A stretch of DNA of 64,000 nt. Origin: an uncultured Clostridia bacterium (GTDB lineage Bacteria; Bacillota; Clostridia; Christensenellales; UBA1242). Shown here one piece after another: positions 63,526-64,000 of this stretch. The stretch covers positions 80,694 through 144,693 of the forward strand of contig CAKVHC010000002.1 of NCBI GenBank assembly GCA_934747805.1. The letters are read 5' to 3'. Numbering within the stretch: position 1 is the stretch's first letter; each line of letters starts with the position of its first letter. Both the position numbers and the translations under genes were made by a program. The notes below the pieces were generated by a model. That model did no database searches, had not been told where the DNA came from, and was given only the letters and a program-made list of their open reading frames with translations.

Positions 63526-64000
63526 ATGAGAATTGTGGCAGGAAAATTTAGGGGTACACATTTAGCAGATTTTGACCTTGACACCACCAAGCCGACACTT
63601 GATAGAGTGCGTGTTAGCATTGGCAATATTTTGCAGTGCAACTTTGGCGGTGCGATCGCCGTCGACCTATTTTCAGGCAGCGGTTGGTTCGGTCTAGAGG
63701 CTCTTTCACGTGGTGCATCCAAGGTGTATTGTGTGGACAGCAATAAACAAGCCGTTAAAATAATTCGTTCCAACTTTACTCGTTTAAAGCAGAACGAAAG
63801 TCAAATAGTGAATAGCGATTATATGGACTTTTTGTGCACTGCCAAAAATAGCGGTTTGAAATTTGACATTGTTTTCCTTGACCCACCTTACGCTACCGAT
63901 TACGCACAAAAAGCCGTCGACTTTTTGATTGCACATCAGATGATCAACGATGGCGGAGTAATCATGCGTGAGAGCGATTCGTCCACCTCGCCGCTTATTG
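63526..64000 (+). CDS. rsmD: 16S rRNA (guanine966-N2)-methyltransferase RsmD (partial, runs off window end)
   Basis: My translation: MRIVAGKFRGTHL...KPTLDRVRVSIGNIL...AVDLFSGSGWFGLEALSRGASKVYCVD...DIVFLDPPY. Not in the ORF track because there is no stop inside the window. Confidence 0.88.
   Translation, partial: MRIVAGKFRGTHLADFDLDTTKPTLDRVRVSIGNILQCNFGGAIAVDLFSGSGWFGLEALSRGASKVYCVDSNKQAVKIIRSNFTRLKQNESQIVNSDYMDFLCTAKNSGLKFDIVFLDPPYATDYAQKAVDFLIAHQMINDGGVIMRESDSSTSPLI

Noticed and set aside
63453-63773. 106-aa minus-strand ORF at the window end.
   Set aside because: It is antisense to an open-ended plus-strand frame that translates into a textbook RsmD (DLFSGSG...DPPY) with its own promoter.

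Overview
This window looks like a densely coded chromosomal segment from an endospore-forming, probably anaerobic member of the Bacillota. The evidence is SpoIVA, McsA/McsB/ClpC, an EndoA-like MazF and a single-chain pyruvate:ferredoxin oxidoreductase. I support about 57 CDSs, one tRNA-Leu(GAG) and one decayed pseudogene. There is no rRNA, CRISPR array, transposase, integrase or obvious prophage.

Most genes are core functions:
- Translation and RNA modification: rplM-rpsI, truA, mnmA, tsaE, tsaB-rimI, rsmD, and the GTPases hflX, obg and der.
- DNA metabolism: ung, nth, recX, parE-parC, cdd, pdp.
- Envelope: lgt, ddl, murF, alr, plsY, DUF368.
- Iron, redox and other: feoAB, trxB, nifJ, a cysteine desulfurase with DUF3343, degV.

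I did not find a discrete multi-gene novel system such as a defence island or mobile element. The most unusual items are:
1. A 3,239-aa membrane-anchored repeat protein carrying an unrecognised Cys/His-rich insert of about 240 aa, plus a decayed paralog fragment 10 kb upstream.
2. A recurring -35/-10/N5-7/ATG layout with no Shine-Dalgarno at eight or more genes, which implies leaderless mRNAs.
3. Three 23-bp tandem repeats abutting the nth promoter, inside one of three extreme-AT islands.
4. An EndoA-like MazF paired with an upstream protein that has no recognisable antitoxin DNA-binding motif.
5. Several enzyme homologs with degenerate catalytic motifs: a transketolase-like protein, an ABC-ATPase-like protein and a tandem ThyX-like protein.
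6. A MurF with a transmembrane N-terminus.
7. mcsA-mcsB-clpC without ctsR.
8. A membrane-tethered AKKP-repeat polycationic protein.

All family calls come from reading motifs by eye. No database search was run.
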